Shown in pieces: positions 24,700-33,594 of a DNA stretch of 64,000 bases (position 1 is its first letter; each line of letters begins with the position of its first letter). This stretch comes from an uncultured Candidatus Micrarchaeota archaeon. GTDB lineage: Archaea; Micrarchaeota; Micrarchaeia; Burarchaeales; Fermentimicrarchaeaceae. Both the position numbers and the translations under genes were made by a program. Location of the stretch: positions 29,701-93,700 of the forward strand of contig CAISET010000030.1 of the NCBI GenBank assembly GCA_903884505.1. Direction: 5' to 3'. Below the pieces are notes generated by a model, which saw only the letters and a list, made by a program, of their open reading frames with translations, did not search any database and was not told the origin of the DNA.

Positions 24700-26304
24700 A
24701 TGGTGGAGCTCTTCCAAACGCTCCTGAGGATTGATACGACCACTGTGCCGGATGATGCCACTTCATTGCCCGTGCCAAAGGAGAACTACGAGGCATTCGT
24801 AAATGCCGTTACGAGATTCGCAGAAAAAGAGGGATTCCAAGCCGACGTCTTTTACGCCCTGGGAGGAAGAACAAAACACGGAGCCCGGATGGGGAACATC
24901 CTGATTGCGTTCGATTGCGGTGCTAAAGAGACAATCGCCATCATAGACCACTGGGACAAAATGCCGTATGATGCCAACCACTGGAACAAATTGACCCCTC
25001 CCCTCGGGGGCGTGATTGTCGCGGAGAGGCTGTACGGCAGGGGGGCTTCCGACAACATCGGCGGTTTCATGGCCGCGTTCCAGGCCCTGAGGGAGTTGAA
25101 AAAAAGTGGAAACTCCAAGGTGAACATAGACCTCTGGCTGACCTGGGGCGAAGAGGCGCAGTGCGAAAGCGGCCTGCATTACGTTGCGAACAACAAGCTG
25201 AGCGGGTTCGACGGCTATTCCGGGATACTTATGCCCGATGTGGCGCCGGACCCGATAATGGTGGGCTCGAGCGGGGTGTACTGGAATACCGCGACATGCA
25301 AGGGAACAATATCAAGCATCGCGGGATTCACTGAAGCCCTGGCTTCCTACCACGCCGAGGCCTTGAAGGATGTATCGAGATTTGTGCCTCCGGACGGCTC
25401 GCCTTACAAGCACGTGCCCGGGCAGTTCTCGGTCGTGAAGATTGAATTCAAGCCGGAACTGAAATCCGGCAGTAAGTTCCAGGTGACCAGAATCGCCACC
25501 GGCCTGGTTGAAGACGAAACGGGCAAAGTGGCCGGAACAAAACCGTTCAAGGACATTCCGCACAACACAATCCCGGGAAAGTGCGGCATCTTCTTCATGC
25601 TGGAGGCGGACAGGAAAAAGGAATTCAATGGCTTGTTCGGCAAGCTCAACGATGCAAACGGAGGGAAAGCAAAACTGTCATTCGACCCGGCCGAAGGCGG
25701 CAAAGTGACCGGGGTAATCGAGGTGAACGGCAAGCCAACCCATTCCAGCAGGCCTTATCTCGGCGAGAACGCGCTCCTGAACGCAATCCCCTACTTGAAG
25801 GGTCTCGCCGCATATGGGGAGACCGAGGGAGAGGCAACGCTCGGCTTCGACATGCGGACAATCCCCGAACGCAGGGGAGATGGATACTGGGAGGCGGTGC
25901 GGAATTTTGAAAGCTGGTTCAATGCAGAGGTAAGGCCCAGATTCAAAGGATGCGAGGTAAATACGCACGTGAATGCGAAGGGCGCAAAGGAGCCGGTAGT
26001 CGAGCTGCAAGGCTCGTTCTCGGACCCCGACTCCGTTCTCGCGCAGCTGATTGCCAGGAAGACGGGCAGGCCGTTCGGCGCGGAGCTCGGCGGAACGGAC
26101 GCATCCGTCATCGAGGGGGCCGGAATAAAAACCCCGCGCGGCAAGCCGGTTCCGATAGTGCTCTGCGGTTGCGAGGTGGACGAGGATAACGGCCACGGCG
26201 ACAACGAAAGCGTATCCCTCACCGGCCTGGTGGACGTGAAGGACACAATCGCATATGTGGCGGAGAACTGGGAAAACGCCAAAACAGGAAAACGCGGGCG
26301 TTAG
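24700..26304 (+). CDS. M20-family metallopeptidase (dipeptidase / ArgE-DapE-like)
   Basis: 'YGRGASDNIGG' metal-ligand motif and dimerisation-domain architecture. GGGAAGGAG RBS before ATG 24700. The upstream ORF extension 24532-24699 is low-complexity. Confidence 0.65.
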   Translation: MVELFQTLLRIDTTTVPDDATSLPVPKENYEAFVNAVTRFAEKEGFQADVFYALGGRTKHGARMGNILIAFDCGAKETIAIIDHWDKMPYDANHWNKLTPPLGGVIVAERLYGRGASDNIGGFMAAFQALRELKKSGNSKVNIDLWLTWGEEAQCESGLHYVANNKLSGFDGYSGILMPDVAPDPIMVGSSGVYWNTATCKGTISSIAGFTEALASYHAEALKDVSRFVPPDGSPYKHVPGQFSVVKIEFKPELKSGSKFQVTRIATGLVEDETGKVAGTKPFKDIPHNTIPGKCGIFFMLEADRKKEFNGLFGKLNDANGGKAKLSFDPAEGGKVTGVIEVNGKPTHSSRPYLGENALLNAIPYLKGLAAYGETEGEATLGFDMRTIPERRGDGYWEAVRNFESWFNAEVRPRFKGCEVNTHVNAKGAKEPVVELQGSFSDPDSVLAQLIARKTGRPFGAELGGTDASVIEGAGIKTPRGKPVPIVLCGCEVDEDNGHGDNESVSLTGLVDVKDTIAYVAENWENAKTGKRGR

Positions 26305-26319
26305 GCAACCCGCCAGCGC

Positions 26320-26459
26320 CGCGAGGTTTATAAATTCCCACTTCCCCAATACAGTCCTGCTCATTTTACTGTCGTAGATGAGCTTGATGAACCCCCAACG
26401 GGGGATTCGCAACATGCGAGCATGTTGCGGGTTTGCACGGGGGGCGAGGGTGATTTCAA
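26320..26459 (+). promoter_or_regulatory. Promoter (TTTATAAATT) plus structured 5' leader of the L7Ae operon, with a tandem GATGA...GATGA (C-box/K-turn-like) motif and palindromes
   Basis: TATA at 26327-26336. gtaGATGAgcttGATGAacc at 26374-26393. Hairpins cccccaacggggg and gcaacatgcgagcatgttgc. Confidence 0.4.
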
Positions 26460-26978
26460 ATGGCAAAGGGTTACGTGGAATTCGAGACTTCGAAGGAGCT
26501 CCAGGAGAAGGCCTATCAGGCCATAGAGATGGCCAAGGACACTGGAAGGCTCAGGAAGGGGATGAACGAGGCGACTAAGGCCGTTGAGAAGACCGGCTGC
26601 GCACTAGTCGTAATCGCCGAGGACATTGACCCGCCTGAGGTCGTGATGCACCTGCCAGGGCTCTGCAGGGAGAAGAAGATTCCCTTCATGTATGTTGCTG
26701 GGAAGAAGGAGCTCGGCAAGAGCGCGGGCCTAACTGTTCCCTGTGCTGCTATCGCGATCGAGAAGCCGGGGAACGCTCAGGACCTTGTGAACGAGATAGT
26801 CGCGGGCCTGGGCGGAAAGGGCAAGAAGGCCGAAAAGAAGGAGGAGGCCCCGGTTGAGGCGCCTGCGGCAGAGGCTCCAGCGGAGAAGCCCAAGAAAGAA
26901 AAGAAGCCCCGCGTGAAGAAGGAGAAGCCCGCTGAGGCGAAGCCAGCAGAGATTAAGCCTGAGGAGGCAAAGGCCTAA
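26460..26978 (+). CDS. rpl7ae: Ribosomal protein L7Ae with an unusual C-terminal K/E/A/P-rich ~50-aa tail
   Basis: '[51 protein letters not shown]', followed by '[44 protein letters not shown]'. Confidence 0.85.
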   Translation: MAKGYVEFETSKELQEKAYQAIEMAKDTGRLRKGMNEATKAVEKTGCALVVIAEDIDPPEVVMHLPGLCREKKIPFMYVAGKKELGKSAGLTVPCAAIAIEKPGNAQDLVNEIVAGLGGKGKKAEKKEEAPVEAPAAEAPAEKPKKEKKPRVKKEKPAEAKPAEIKPEEAKA

Positions 26979-27000
26979 GGGCTTCAGCTAGGTGTTGATT

Positions 27001-27288
27001 ATGGCTGAGAAAGGTGGAAGGCCCAAGAAGGAAGAGGTCCAGCAGAAGGGCAAGGAGGAGCGCCCGGTCGCAAAGGGCGTTCCGGCGCAGGGCTTCGCAG
27101 CCGAGGTCGTGCAGGTGCTCGGGAAGACCGGAATCTACGGCGAGGTCTACCAGACGATGTGCAAGATTCTCGAGGGTAGGGACAAAGGCCGCGTAATCCG
27201 CAGGAACATTAAGGGGCCTGTGAAGCGCGGGGACAAGCTCATGCTGCTCGAGACCGAGCGCGAGGCCAAGGCCATCAAGGCAAGGTGA
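27001..27288 (+). CDS. rps28e: Ribosomal protein S28e
   Basis: '[56 protein letters not shown]'. Confidence 0.85.
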   Translation: MAEKGGRPKKEEVQQKGKEERPVAKGVPAQGFAAEVVQVLGKTGIYGEVYQTMCKILEGRDKGRVIRRNIKGPVKRGDKLMLLETEREAKAIKAR

Positions 27289-27292
27289 TGAG

Positions 27293-27457
27293 ATGAACTG
27301 CAGCTTTTGCAACTCGGACATGGAGAAGGGGACGGGCGTCATGTACGTGAAGCGCGACGGCTCCGTGACTTACTTCTGCTCCAACAAATGCAGGAAGAAC
27401 AAATTGAAATTGGGAAGGAACCCAAGGAAGTTGAAGTGGACCGGAAAGGGCGTCTGA
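27293..27457 (+). CDS. rpl24e: Ribosomal protein L24e (zinc-ribbon), 54 aa; missed by the ORF track
   Basis: '[36 protein letters not shown]'. Confidence 0.8.
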   Translation: MNCSFCNSDMEKGTGVMYVKRDGSVTYFCSNKCRKNKLKLGRNPRKLKWTGKGV

Positions 27458-27467
27458 GGCGCGTTGA

Positions 27468-27935
27468 ATGGCACTCGAAAAAACCTTTGTGATGCTGAAG
27501 CCGGATGCGCTCCAGAGGGGCCTTTACGGGGAAATCATCTCGCGGATTGAGAGGAAGGGCTTCAAGATCGCGGCCGTGAAGATGTTCCGCTTCACGCCTG
27601 AGCTCTGCAAGGCGCATTACGCGCACCACGCGAGCAAGCCATTCTTCCCGAGGCTCATGGAGTTCATGTGCTCGGCGCCGGTCCTCGCGATGGTAATCGA
27701 GGGAAAGGACGCCGTGAACCAGCTGAGGAACTTCTGTGGCGCAACCGACTGCGGGAAGGCGGCTGCTGGGACGATCAGGGGAGACCTCGGCTTGAGCGTC
27801 CAGTCGAACCTCATCCACGCTTCCGACTCAAAAGAAACTGCTGAGGCTGAGATTAAGAGATTCTTCAAGCCCGAAGAGATCCAGAAGTATGACAGGCTCA
27901 CCGAGCCCGCAGTTCACTCGAAGGATGAGCTTTAG
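27468..27935 (+). CDS. ndk: Nucleoside diphosphate kinase
   Basis: 'TFVMLKPDALQRGL', 'NLIHASDS' active-site His. Confidence 0.9.
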   Translation: MALEKTFVMLKPDALQRGLYGEIISRIERKGFKIAAVKMFRFTPELCKAHYAHHASKPFFPRLMEFMCSAPVLAMVIEGKDAVNQLRNFCGATDCGKAAAGTIRGDLGLSVQSNLIHASDSKETAEAEIKRFFKPEEIQKYDRLTEPAVHSKDEL

Positions 27936-27957
27936 GTTAACCAAAAGGTGATACAAA

Positions 27958-28242
27958 ATGGCAATTGAGGAACCAATGGCAAGCGCGGCGCCCAGGACGG
28001 GAAGGCCGCCAAGGGAAGAGTACGAGACCATCAAGGTCGAAACCGTGAACTACGGGACCAACAACTTCATCGAGGTCTCGAAGAAGAAGGCGCCGAACGG
28101 CAACCTCTTCATCTCCGTGTCCAAGGGCTGGTACCCTACGGGGAGCACCGAGAAGAGGTACAGGGCGGGCGTCGGCTTCCCGAACGAGAAGGAGCTCATT
28201 GACCGCATAATGGCGGCATTCGACACCGTCCTGACGGAGTAA
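27958..28242 (+). CDS. Small hypothetical protein (94 aa)
   Basis: ORF in operon position after ndk, followed by an oligo-T tract. Confidence 0.4.
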   Translation: MAIEEPMASAAPRTGRPPREEYETIKVETVNYGTNNFIEVSKKKAPNGNLFISVSKGWYPTGSTEKRYRAGVGFPNEKELIDRIMAAFDTVLTE

Positions 28243-28246
28243 ATCC

Positions 28247-28266
28247 CTTTTCATTTTTTATTTTCA
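28247..28266 (+). terminator. Oligo-T terminator (cttttcattttttattttc)
   Basis: T-rich run immediately after the stop of the 27958-28242 ORF. Confidence 0.45.
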
Positions 28267-28343
28267 ATTCTGCGCATTTTCCGAATTTAGCTGCGGCGCT
28301 TTGTCCGCAAGTTTCAAATATACTGCATCACAATACGCATAGC

Positions 28344-29486
28344 ATGGCTAAATCGTATTCCGCATTAATAGTATTGTGCCTAGCTTGTCTCGTGTTCACA
28401 ACAGGTAGCGCATTCGGCAATGTAATCCAGATTGATCTTGGCGTGCCAGTGAATGGCTCGGTAAGCGCATCGCAACGTATCATCAATTATTCGTACCACG
28501 TACATGCCGGCGAGGAATACGAGTTCATATTCGAACCGCATCTTGCAGATGCCCGGATAATAACCGTTGGATATGCAACCGCTGCGTCCGCAGGTCACGA
28601 AAATAGAGGGCGCGTGACTGCAGAGCGGACAGGGTTGCAGTACTTCCAGATTGCATTCGAAGACCCATACTCTACGACGTATACGGTCACTGTAAACCAG
28701 ACCACCCACTATGGCTGCAGTACGCACACAACATGCGGAACGTGTGTTCAGGTATCGTCCTGCGGCTGGTCAAAATTTGAAGGATGCGTGCATAATAGCT
28801 CGGGCGAACTGGACTGGTTAGTTTTTTCAGCCTCACAATGCCCCACGTCAAGCCCGGTTGATTGCGCCAGTTCAGATGCGGCAGTACAAATCGAAGCCAA
28901 TTCCCTGACAAATGGTTTCCTTGGTCGGGACAATGTGCAGGCGTGCTACGGGTTTGCCACAATCGGCAGTGGGACGTATACCGTTATGCTTATCACAGAT
29001 GCACAAAACATCGCGCTCGCAGTTTACGACGCGGACGGCTATATAATCTCGGCCGGACCCGGAATAACCGGTTCCGTTTTCGGCGCTTCTGGCGGCAGCC
29101 ATTATTCAATTGCAGTATGGAAGAACAATTCCAATCCTGCGGCGTTCAACCTTTCAGTCGCGCAGGGGCTCAATGCGATATTCACGCCTACCCCTACACC
29201 TTCGCCAACCGCAACTCCGACACCAACTCCGACGCCGAACTCGACTCCTACCTCTGCGCCGACCGCAACTCCATCTCAAACGCCCTCACCTGTGCCATCT
29301 CCATCACCGACTCCCAGCAGCACTGCGACTCCGCTGGTGATAGCAACTCCTGGCGGGAATGCGCGCGATTCACATAACGGAAGCGTGCTGCTGGTTGCCG
29401 GTGGGGCTTTGCTGGCCGTGGTACTCGTTGCACTGGCGGCCATTCTAGCCTATTTCCTGCTTAGGAGGCGTCGAAAGCACCTGTGA
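28344..29486 (+). CDS. Secreted protein with PT-rich linker and C-terminal TM anchor plus basic tail (archaeosortase-signal-like)
   Basis: Signal '[25 protein letters not shown]', '[23 protein letters not shown]...', C-terminus '[32 protein letters not shown]'. Confidence 0.65.
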   Translation: MAKSYSALIVLCLACLVFTTGSAFGNVIQIDLGVPVNGSVSASQRIINYSYHVHAGEEYEFIFEPHLADARIITVGYATAASAGHENRGRVTAERTGLQYFQIAFEDPYSTTYTVTVNQTTHYGCSTHTTCGTCVQVSSCGWSKFEGCVHNSSGELDWLVFSASQCPTSSPVDCASSDAAVQIEANSLTNGFLGRDNVQACYGFATIGSGTYTVMLITDAQNIALAVYDADGYIISAGPGITGSVFGASGGSHYSIAVWKNNSNPAAFNLSVAQGLNAIFTPTPTPSPTATPTPTPTPNSTPTSAPTATPSQTPSPVPSPSPTPSSTATPLVIATPGGNARDSHNGSVLLVAGGALLAVVLVALAAILAYFLLRRRRKHL

Positions 29487-29546
29487 GCTTGCGTTTAGGC
29501 AGGCGCCCCTGGAAGGCCTATTAAGCCTTATCGACAAAAGCAATTC

Positions 29547-30038
29547 ATGATTCTTCCGAAGCATGAGCTCCAGGAGCGGAAGGCAGTCTCTGGCTTCCTC
29601 TCGGACTCCCAGTTCCAGCCCGCGGGCGTCGATTTGACGCTCCGCGAGGCCTTTTCCTTTTCTTCAGAAGGCAGCGTAGATTTCGACAACTCGGAGAGGA
29701 AGTTAGCGGAGACAAAACCGCTGGCATTCGATGAAAAAGGCTGGCTCCATCTTCCGAAGGGCGCATACAAAGTCGTATATAATGAAATAGTTTCCATCCC
29801 TTCCGACTGCGCGGGCCTTGCATACCCGCGCTCAACTCTTCTGAGGTGCGGCGCGTTCCTCCATTGCGCGGTCTGGGACCCGGGCTACAAGGGGAGGAGC
29901 GAGAGTTTGCTTGTGGTGGAGAATGAAAAGGGCATAAGGCTGAAGAAAAATGCAAAGTTGGTCCAGCTAATCCTCATCAAGCTGACCTGCGATGCGAAGG
30001 AAACCTACAAGGGCAAATACCACAACGAGAACCTCTGA
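29547..30038 (+). CDS. dCTP deaminase / dUTPase-family protein
   Basis: 'AGVDLTL' and 'VWDPGYKGRSE' motifs. Confidence 0.65.
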   Translation: MILPKHELQERKAVSGFLSDSQFQPAGVDLTLREAFSFSSEGSVDFDNSERKLAETKPLAFDEKGWLHLPKGAYKVVYNEIVSIPSDCAGLAYPRSTLLRCGAFLHCAVWDPGYKGRSESLLVVENEKGIRLKKNAKLVQLILIKLTCDAKETYKGKYHNENL

Positions 30039-30088
30039 GCGCAATCTGATTTTAAAACCATCGCCCCAAACGTACTTCGGGTGTCACC

Positions 30089-31033
30089 ATGAAGTATGTC
30101 CTCGTCCTGCTAACTCTTGCCGTTTTCCTGCTGCCTGCCTTCGCGATCATGCCGAGCCCAACGCCGGTTGATTCGGACCACGATGGCATTCCTGACAGCA
30201 CGGACAATTGCGTGCTCGTCCCCAACCCCACACAGGCGGACAGGGACCTCGACGGGATAGGCGATGCCTGCGACACGTGCATACGCGTCTCCAATCCCGG
30301 CCAGGAGGACCGCGACGGCGACGGCGTTGGCGACGTTTGCGACAATTGCGTGGATATCTCCAACGCAAACCAGAATGACGGCGATGGCGATAACATTGGT
30401 GATTTGTGCGACAACTGCATTCTCGTTCCCAACCCGGACCAGCTGGACAGCAACGGAAACGGGATAGGCGATGCCTGCGAGGCCGCGGCGCCAACCCCAA
30501 CGCCTACGCCAACTGCAATCCCGACACCTACTCCCACTGCAACGCCAACCCCAACACCAACCCCAGTTGCCTGCGGCAACTACTGCGAGTACGGCGTCCT
30601 TTATAGCGGCGGCTACTACGATGCTGGACAGATGAAATGCGTTTATCAGAACAGGTATGGCTGCCTCACCATCTGCAATGCGAACGGTACGGCTTGCGCG
30701 ACAGCCACATCAACTCCGGCACCAACGCCCACTCCTACGTCCGCGCCAAGCCCGACTTCCACTTCGGAGCCGACTGCAACGCCAACCCCGACATCTGCTC
30801 CAACTCAGACGCCGGCGCCAGAGCCAACTGCAACTCCAACTCCGGTTCCAACGCCTACTCCGGCACCCACGCCCGTTCCAACTCCTACGCCAACCCCCAC
30901 ACCATACAGTGCTACGCCAACGGCAACGCCAGCCGCATCCCCCACCCCGCAGCCCAGCGCATGCCCGCTATTCTTCGTGCTGCCGCTCTTCGGGAGTGCG
31001 GCTGCGCTGTTTGCGCTGAGAAGAATGGAATAG
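30089..31033 (+). CDS. Secreted Ca-binding thrombospondin type-3-repeat protein with PT-rich linkers and hydrophobic C-terminus
   Basis: Repeated 'D.D.DG..D..DNC' units (DSDHDGIPDSTDNC; DRDLDGIGDACDTC; DRDGDGVGDVCDNC; DGDGDNIGDLCDNC; DSNGNGIGDACE). C-terminus 'CPLFFVLPLFGSAAALFALRRME'. Confidence 0.7.
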   Translation: MKYVLVLLTLAVFLLPAFAIMPSPTPVDSDHDGIPDSTDNCVLVPNPTQADRDLDGIGDACDTCIRVSNPGQEDRDGDGVGDVCDNCVDISNANQNDGDGDNIGDLCDNCILVPNPDQLDSNGNGIGDACEAAAPTPTPTPTAIPTPTPTATPTPTPTPVACGNYCEYGVLYSGGYYDAGQMKCVYQNRYGCLTICNANGTACATATSTPAPTPTPTSAPSPTSTSEPTATPTPTSAPTQTPAPEPTATPTPVPTPTPAPTPVPTPTPTPTPYSATPTATPAASPTPQPSACPLFFVLPLFGSAAALFALRRME

Positions 31034-31043
31034 CCCGCTAGCA

Positions 31044-31793
31044 TCAGATGGGCAGGCCGTAAAGCAAGTAGCTTAATCCTACGATAAGAATGAACGCGGC
31101 GAGGAATGCGGGAACGAGTGCGATTGTGCGCCTAAGCTCGAGCTCGCGCGGAATTTTGCCCTGCACGGCCAGGCTTATCAGCTTCAAAATCTCCTCCTTT
31201 GACAGCCCATCCGCGCTCCAGCCGACCACGCAATCCGCGTCGGCCATCCGTTCATACATGTTCCGCGTGTTGTTGAACGAGCTGAACGGGCTGTGCAGCC
31301 AGTGCATCGGGGTCGAAGGAAGGAATTCCTCGACTTTGCCTCCTTTCACAATGAACTGGCGAACAGGCACGTCTCCTTCCGCGAGTTCCTCCACTTTTTT
31401 GGTTTCCCTGAAGATATTCCTGCGCTGAAGTGATAATGTCATCACATAGGTTGCGGCTATTCCAAGCGTAACCCAAATCAGCAGCAGCGGGAACGGCGGG
31501 AACGCAAGCCAGGGGAGGGCGGGGATAAGCATTCCGATTGCCACGAGAAGCTTGATGTCCCCGGATGCGATGGCGCCGAGTACGTAAAGCAAAAGCCCTG
31601 CGGTCAGCGAAGTGATAAATCCGTAAGCCATTAGTGGAACAGAACCCTGAATGATGTGGTAGCCGATGGCAAGCGCAAGCAACGCGATGATGAGCAGGTT
31701 GGGCACCGTCCTATTTCTTACGTCAGTATATGATGCGACGGCAAGGCCCAGGAAGCCGATTGCGATGTTGATGAACTGAAAGGAGTCCGCCAA
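31044..31793 (-). CDS. A24-family prepilin/preflagellin peptidase (FlaK/PibD-like) with C-terminal extension
   Basis: Two catalytic Asp contexts: 'ASYTDVRNRTVPN' and 'ASGDIKLLVAIGML'. Polytopic. Confidence 0.65.
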   Translation of the reverse strand: MADSFQFINIAIGFLGLAVASYTDVRNRTVPNLLIIALLALAIGYHIIQGSVPLMAYGFITSLTAGLLLYVLGAIASGDIKLLVAIGMLIPALPWLAFPPFPLLLIWVTLGIAATYVMTLSLQRRNIFRETKKVEELAEGDVPVRQFIVKGGKVEEFLPSTPMHWLHSPFSSFNNTRNMYERMADADCVVGWSADGLSKEEILKLISLAVQGKIPRELELRRTIALVPAFLAAFILIVGLSYLLYGLPI

Positions 31794-31798
31794 GCAAA

Positions 31799-32566
31799 TT
31801 ACCTCAGCTTTACCTTACCGAAAAGCTGCCTTATCCCCTGCCCCATCAGGCCGAGCCTTAGCCTCACCCTTTTGGCGAGTGTCTTCGGGAGCCTTGCGGC
31901 TTTTTCCGCCTCAAGCTTCTTCTTAATCATCTCCCTTCTGCGCAGCTGCTCAAGCTTTCGAAGCTTCTCGGCCTCGCGCTCCTTCTCCTCAAAAGTCGGG
32001 GGGCGCCTTATCCGCGTTCGCTCAGTCCCCTTGGCCTTCTCCTTCTTTGCCTTGACTCGTTTCCTCTCTTCCCCGAACTTCTCCCCCTTCGCCTTTTCCT
32101 CCTGCCGCACGCGCTCCTCTAGGGCGCGTTCCCTAACCTCTGCGGTCTTCGACTCGAGCCTGAACTCGTCGCGCCGGACCTCTTCGGGCAGCTTCTGCTC
32201 GGAAGCTTTTATGCGCGAAGCCTCCTCTTCAAGCTGGAGCGACTTCTCGGGCCTGCTCTCCTGCACCTCGCCCTTGTGCTCGGGAATGCGCTCCTTCTCC
32301 TGGCGCACCGCATCTTTCTGCTCCTCCTGCTTCTCCTGCCCCTTCCGCCCGCGGACCTCCTCCTTCTTTTCTTCTGCAATCTTCTCGGAAGCAACCTTGT
32401 TTATCTCCCGCTTAAGGTCCTCCCTCTCGACTTCCAAAGAATGCTTCGCTATCTCGCGCTTCAGCTCCTGCTTTTCCACGGGAGGTTTCGCCTTCTCCTT
32501 CGGCTCTTCTTCGAGCTGCCGCTTTCGGGCCTCCTTTTCCGCAAGTTCGCCGCTTCCGCTGCCCAT
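31799..32566 (-). CDS. Highly charged E/K/R-rich coiled-coil protein
   Basis: Start assumed at 'MGSGSGELAEK'. Low-complexity charged sequence. The longer ORF would overlap the corA start. Confidence 0.4.
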   Translation of the reverse strand: MGSGSGELAEKEARKRQLEEEPKEKAKPPVEKQELKREIAKHSLEVEREDLKREINKVASEKIAEEKKEEVRGRKGQEKQEEQKDAVRQEKERIPEHKGEVQESRPEKSLQLEEEASRIKASEQKLPEEVRRDEFRLESKTAEVRERALEERVRQEEKAKGEKFGEERKRVKAKKEKAKGTERTRIRRPPTFEEKEREAEKLRKLEQLRRREMIKKKLEAEKAARLPKTLAKRVRLRLGLMGQGIRQLFGKVKLR

Positions 32567-32613
32567 GCTACGCTTTCCTTCCTCGGAACATTTAAATATG
32601 CGGGCAAGGTATA

Positions 32614-33594
32614 GTGAGGCCGATGGGCAAGACGAGGGCATTCACTTTCGACAAGGGCAAGGTCTCAAAGGTCTCGATTGATGAGGTGGTCAGGCTTAGG
32701 GGCAAGGCCGGAACCATGACATGGGTGGACATCGAGGACCCGACAAGGAAGGAGCTACAGTCCATCGGCAAGAAATTCAAATTCCATCACCTCGCGATAG
32801 AGGATGCGAGCAATACGAACCAGCGCTGCAAGGTGGAGGAGTACGAGGGCTTCGCGTTCATCGTCCTGCACGTCTTCCCCAAGGGGGAATGCATGGAGCA
32901 GACGCAGCTCAACCTTTTTCTTGACGGCAACCTGCTCGTGACCGCCCATTTCAAGTGCGTTGAGGCGATTGACGAGGTTGCCAAAACGGTTGAAGAGAAT
33001 CCATCCATCCTTGAGCGCGGGCCCGACTTCCTTGCCTACCAGATAATGGACCTCGCAGTCGACAGCCTCTTTCCCCACCTCGATGAGGTGGAGACTGGCA
33101 TAGACGACTTCGAGGACAGGATGCTCAAGGCGACCTCGCCCGAGCAGATTACCGCGACGCTTGGGGGCCTCTTCGACCTCAAGAGGAGGAACCTCGCCAT
33201 AAGGAAGATCGCATGGCCGATGCGCGATGTCCTAACAGTCTTCTCCCACAGGGATTCCAAATATGTCAGGCCGGAGAACACAGTCTACTTCCGCGACGTC
33301 TACGACCACATGCTGCGCATCACGGACATGACCGAAATGAACAGGGAGGTCCTCTCCGCATCCATGGAGGCCTACCTGGCGGTAATCTCGAACAATCTCA
33401 ACGTTGCGATGAAGAAGCTCGCCGCGCTTGCCGGCATATTCGCGGTTCCGATGCTCATATCGTCAATCTACGGGATGAACTTCCACGTCATGCCCGAGCT
33501 CGATGACTTATACGGATTTTACGTAGCGGTCTGCGTGATGCTGCTCGGCGCTGTGCTCACCTTCGCATTCTTCAGGATAAACAAGTGGATTTAG
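32614..33594 (+). CDS. corA: CorA-family Mg2+/Co2+ transporter
   Basis: 'YGMNF' signature and two C-terminal TM helices. Confidence 0.85.
   Translation: MRPMGKTRAFTFDKGKVSKVSIDEVVRLRGKAGTMTWVDIEDPTRKELQSIGKKFKFHHLAIEDASNTNQRCKVEEYEGFAFIVLHVFPKGECMEQTQLNLFLDGNLLVTAHFKCVEAIDEVAKTVEENPSILERGPDFLAYQIMDLAVDSLFPHLDEVETGIDDFEDRMLKATSPEQITATLGGLFDLKRRNLAIRKIAWPMRDVLTVFSHRDSKYVRPENTVYFRDVYDHMLRITDMTEMNREVLSASMEAYLAVISNNLNVAMKKLAALAGIFAVPMLISSIYGMNFHVMPELDDLYGFYVAVCVMLLGAVLTFAFFRINKWI

Noticed and set aside
25678-26466. 262-aa minus-strand ORF antisense to the M20 peptidase
   Set aside because: It overlaps a motif-supported plus-strand gene and has no recognisable features.
30052-30579. ORFs antisense or overlapping the TSP3-repeat and PT-linker genes (30052..30579-, 30637..31041+, 30657..31019+, 48684..49148+, 48689..49042+, 60451..60855-, 60534..60950+)
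   Set aside because: They are alternate-frame read-throughs of GC-rich, repeat-rich coding sequence. They are Arg/Gly/Ala-rich and lack independent support.
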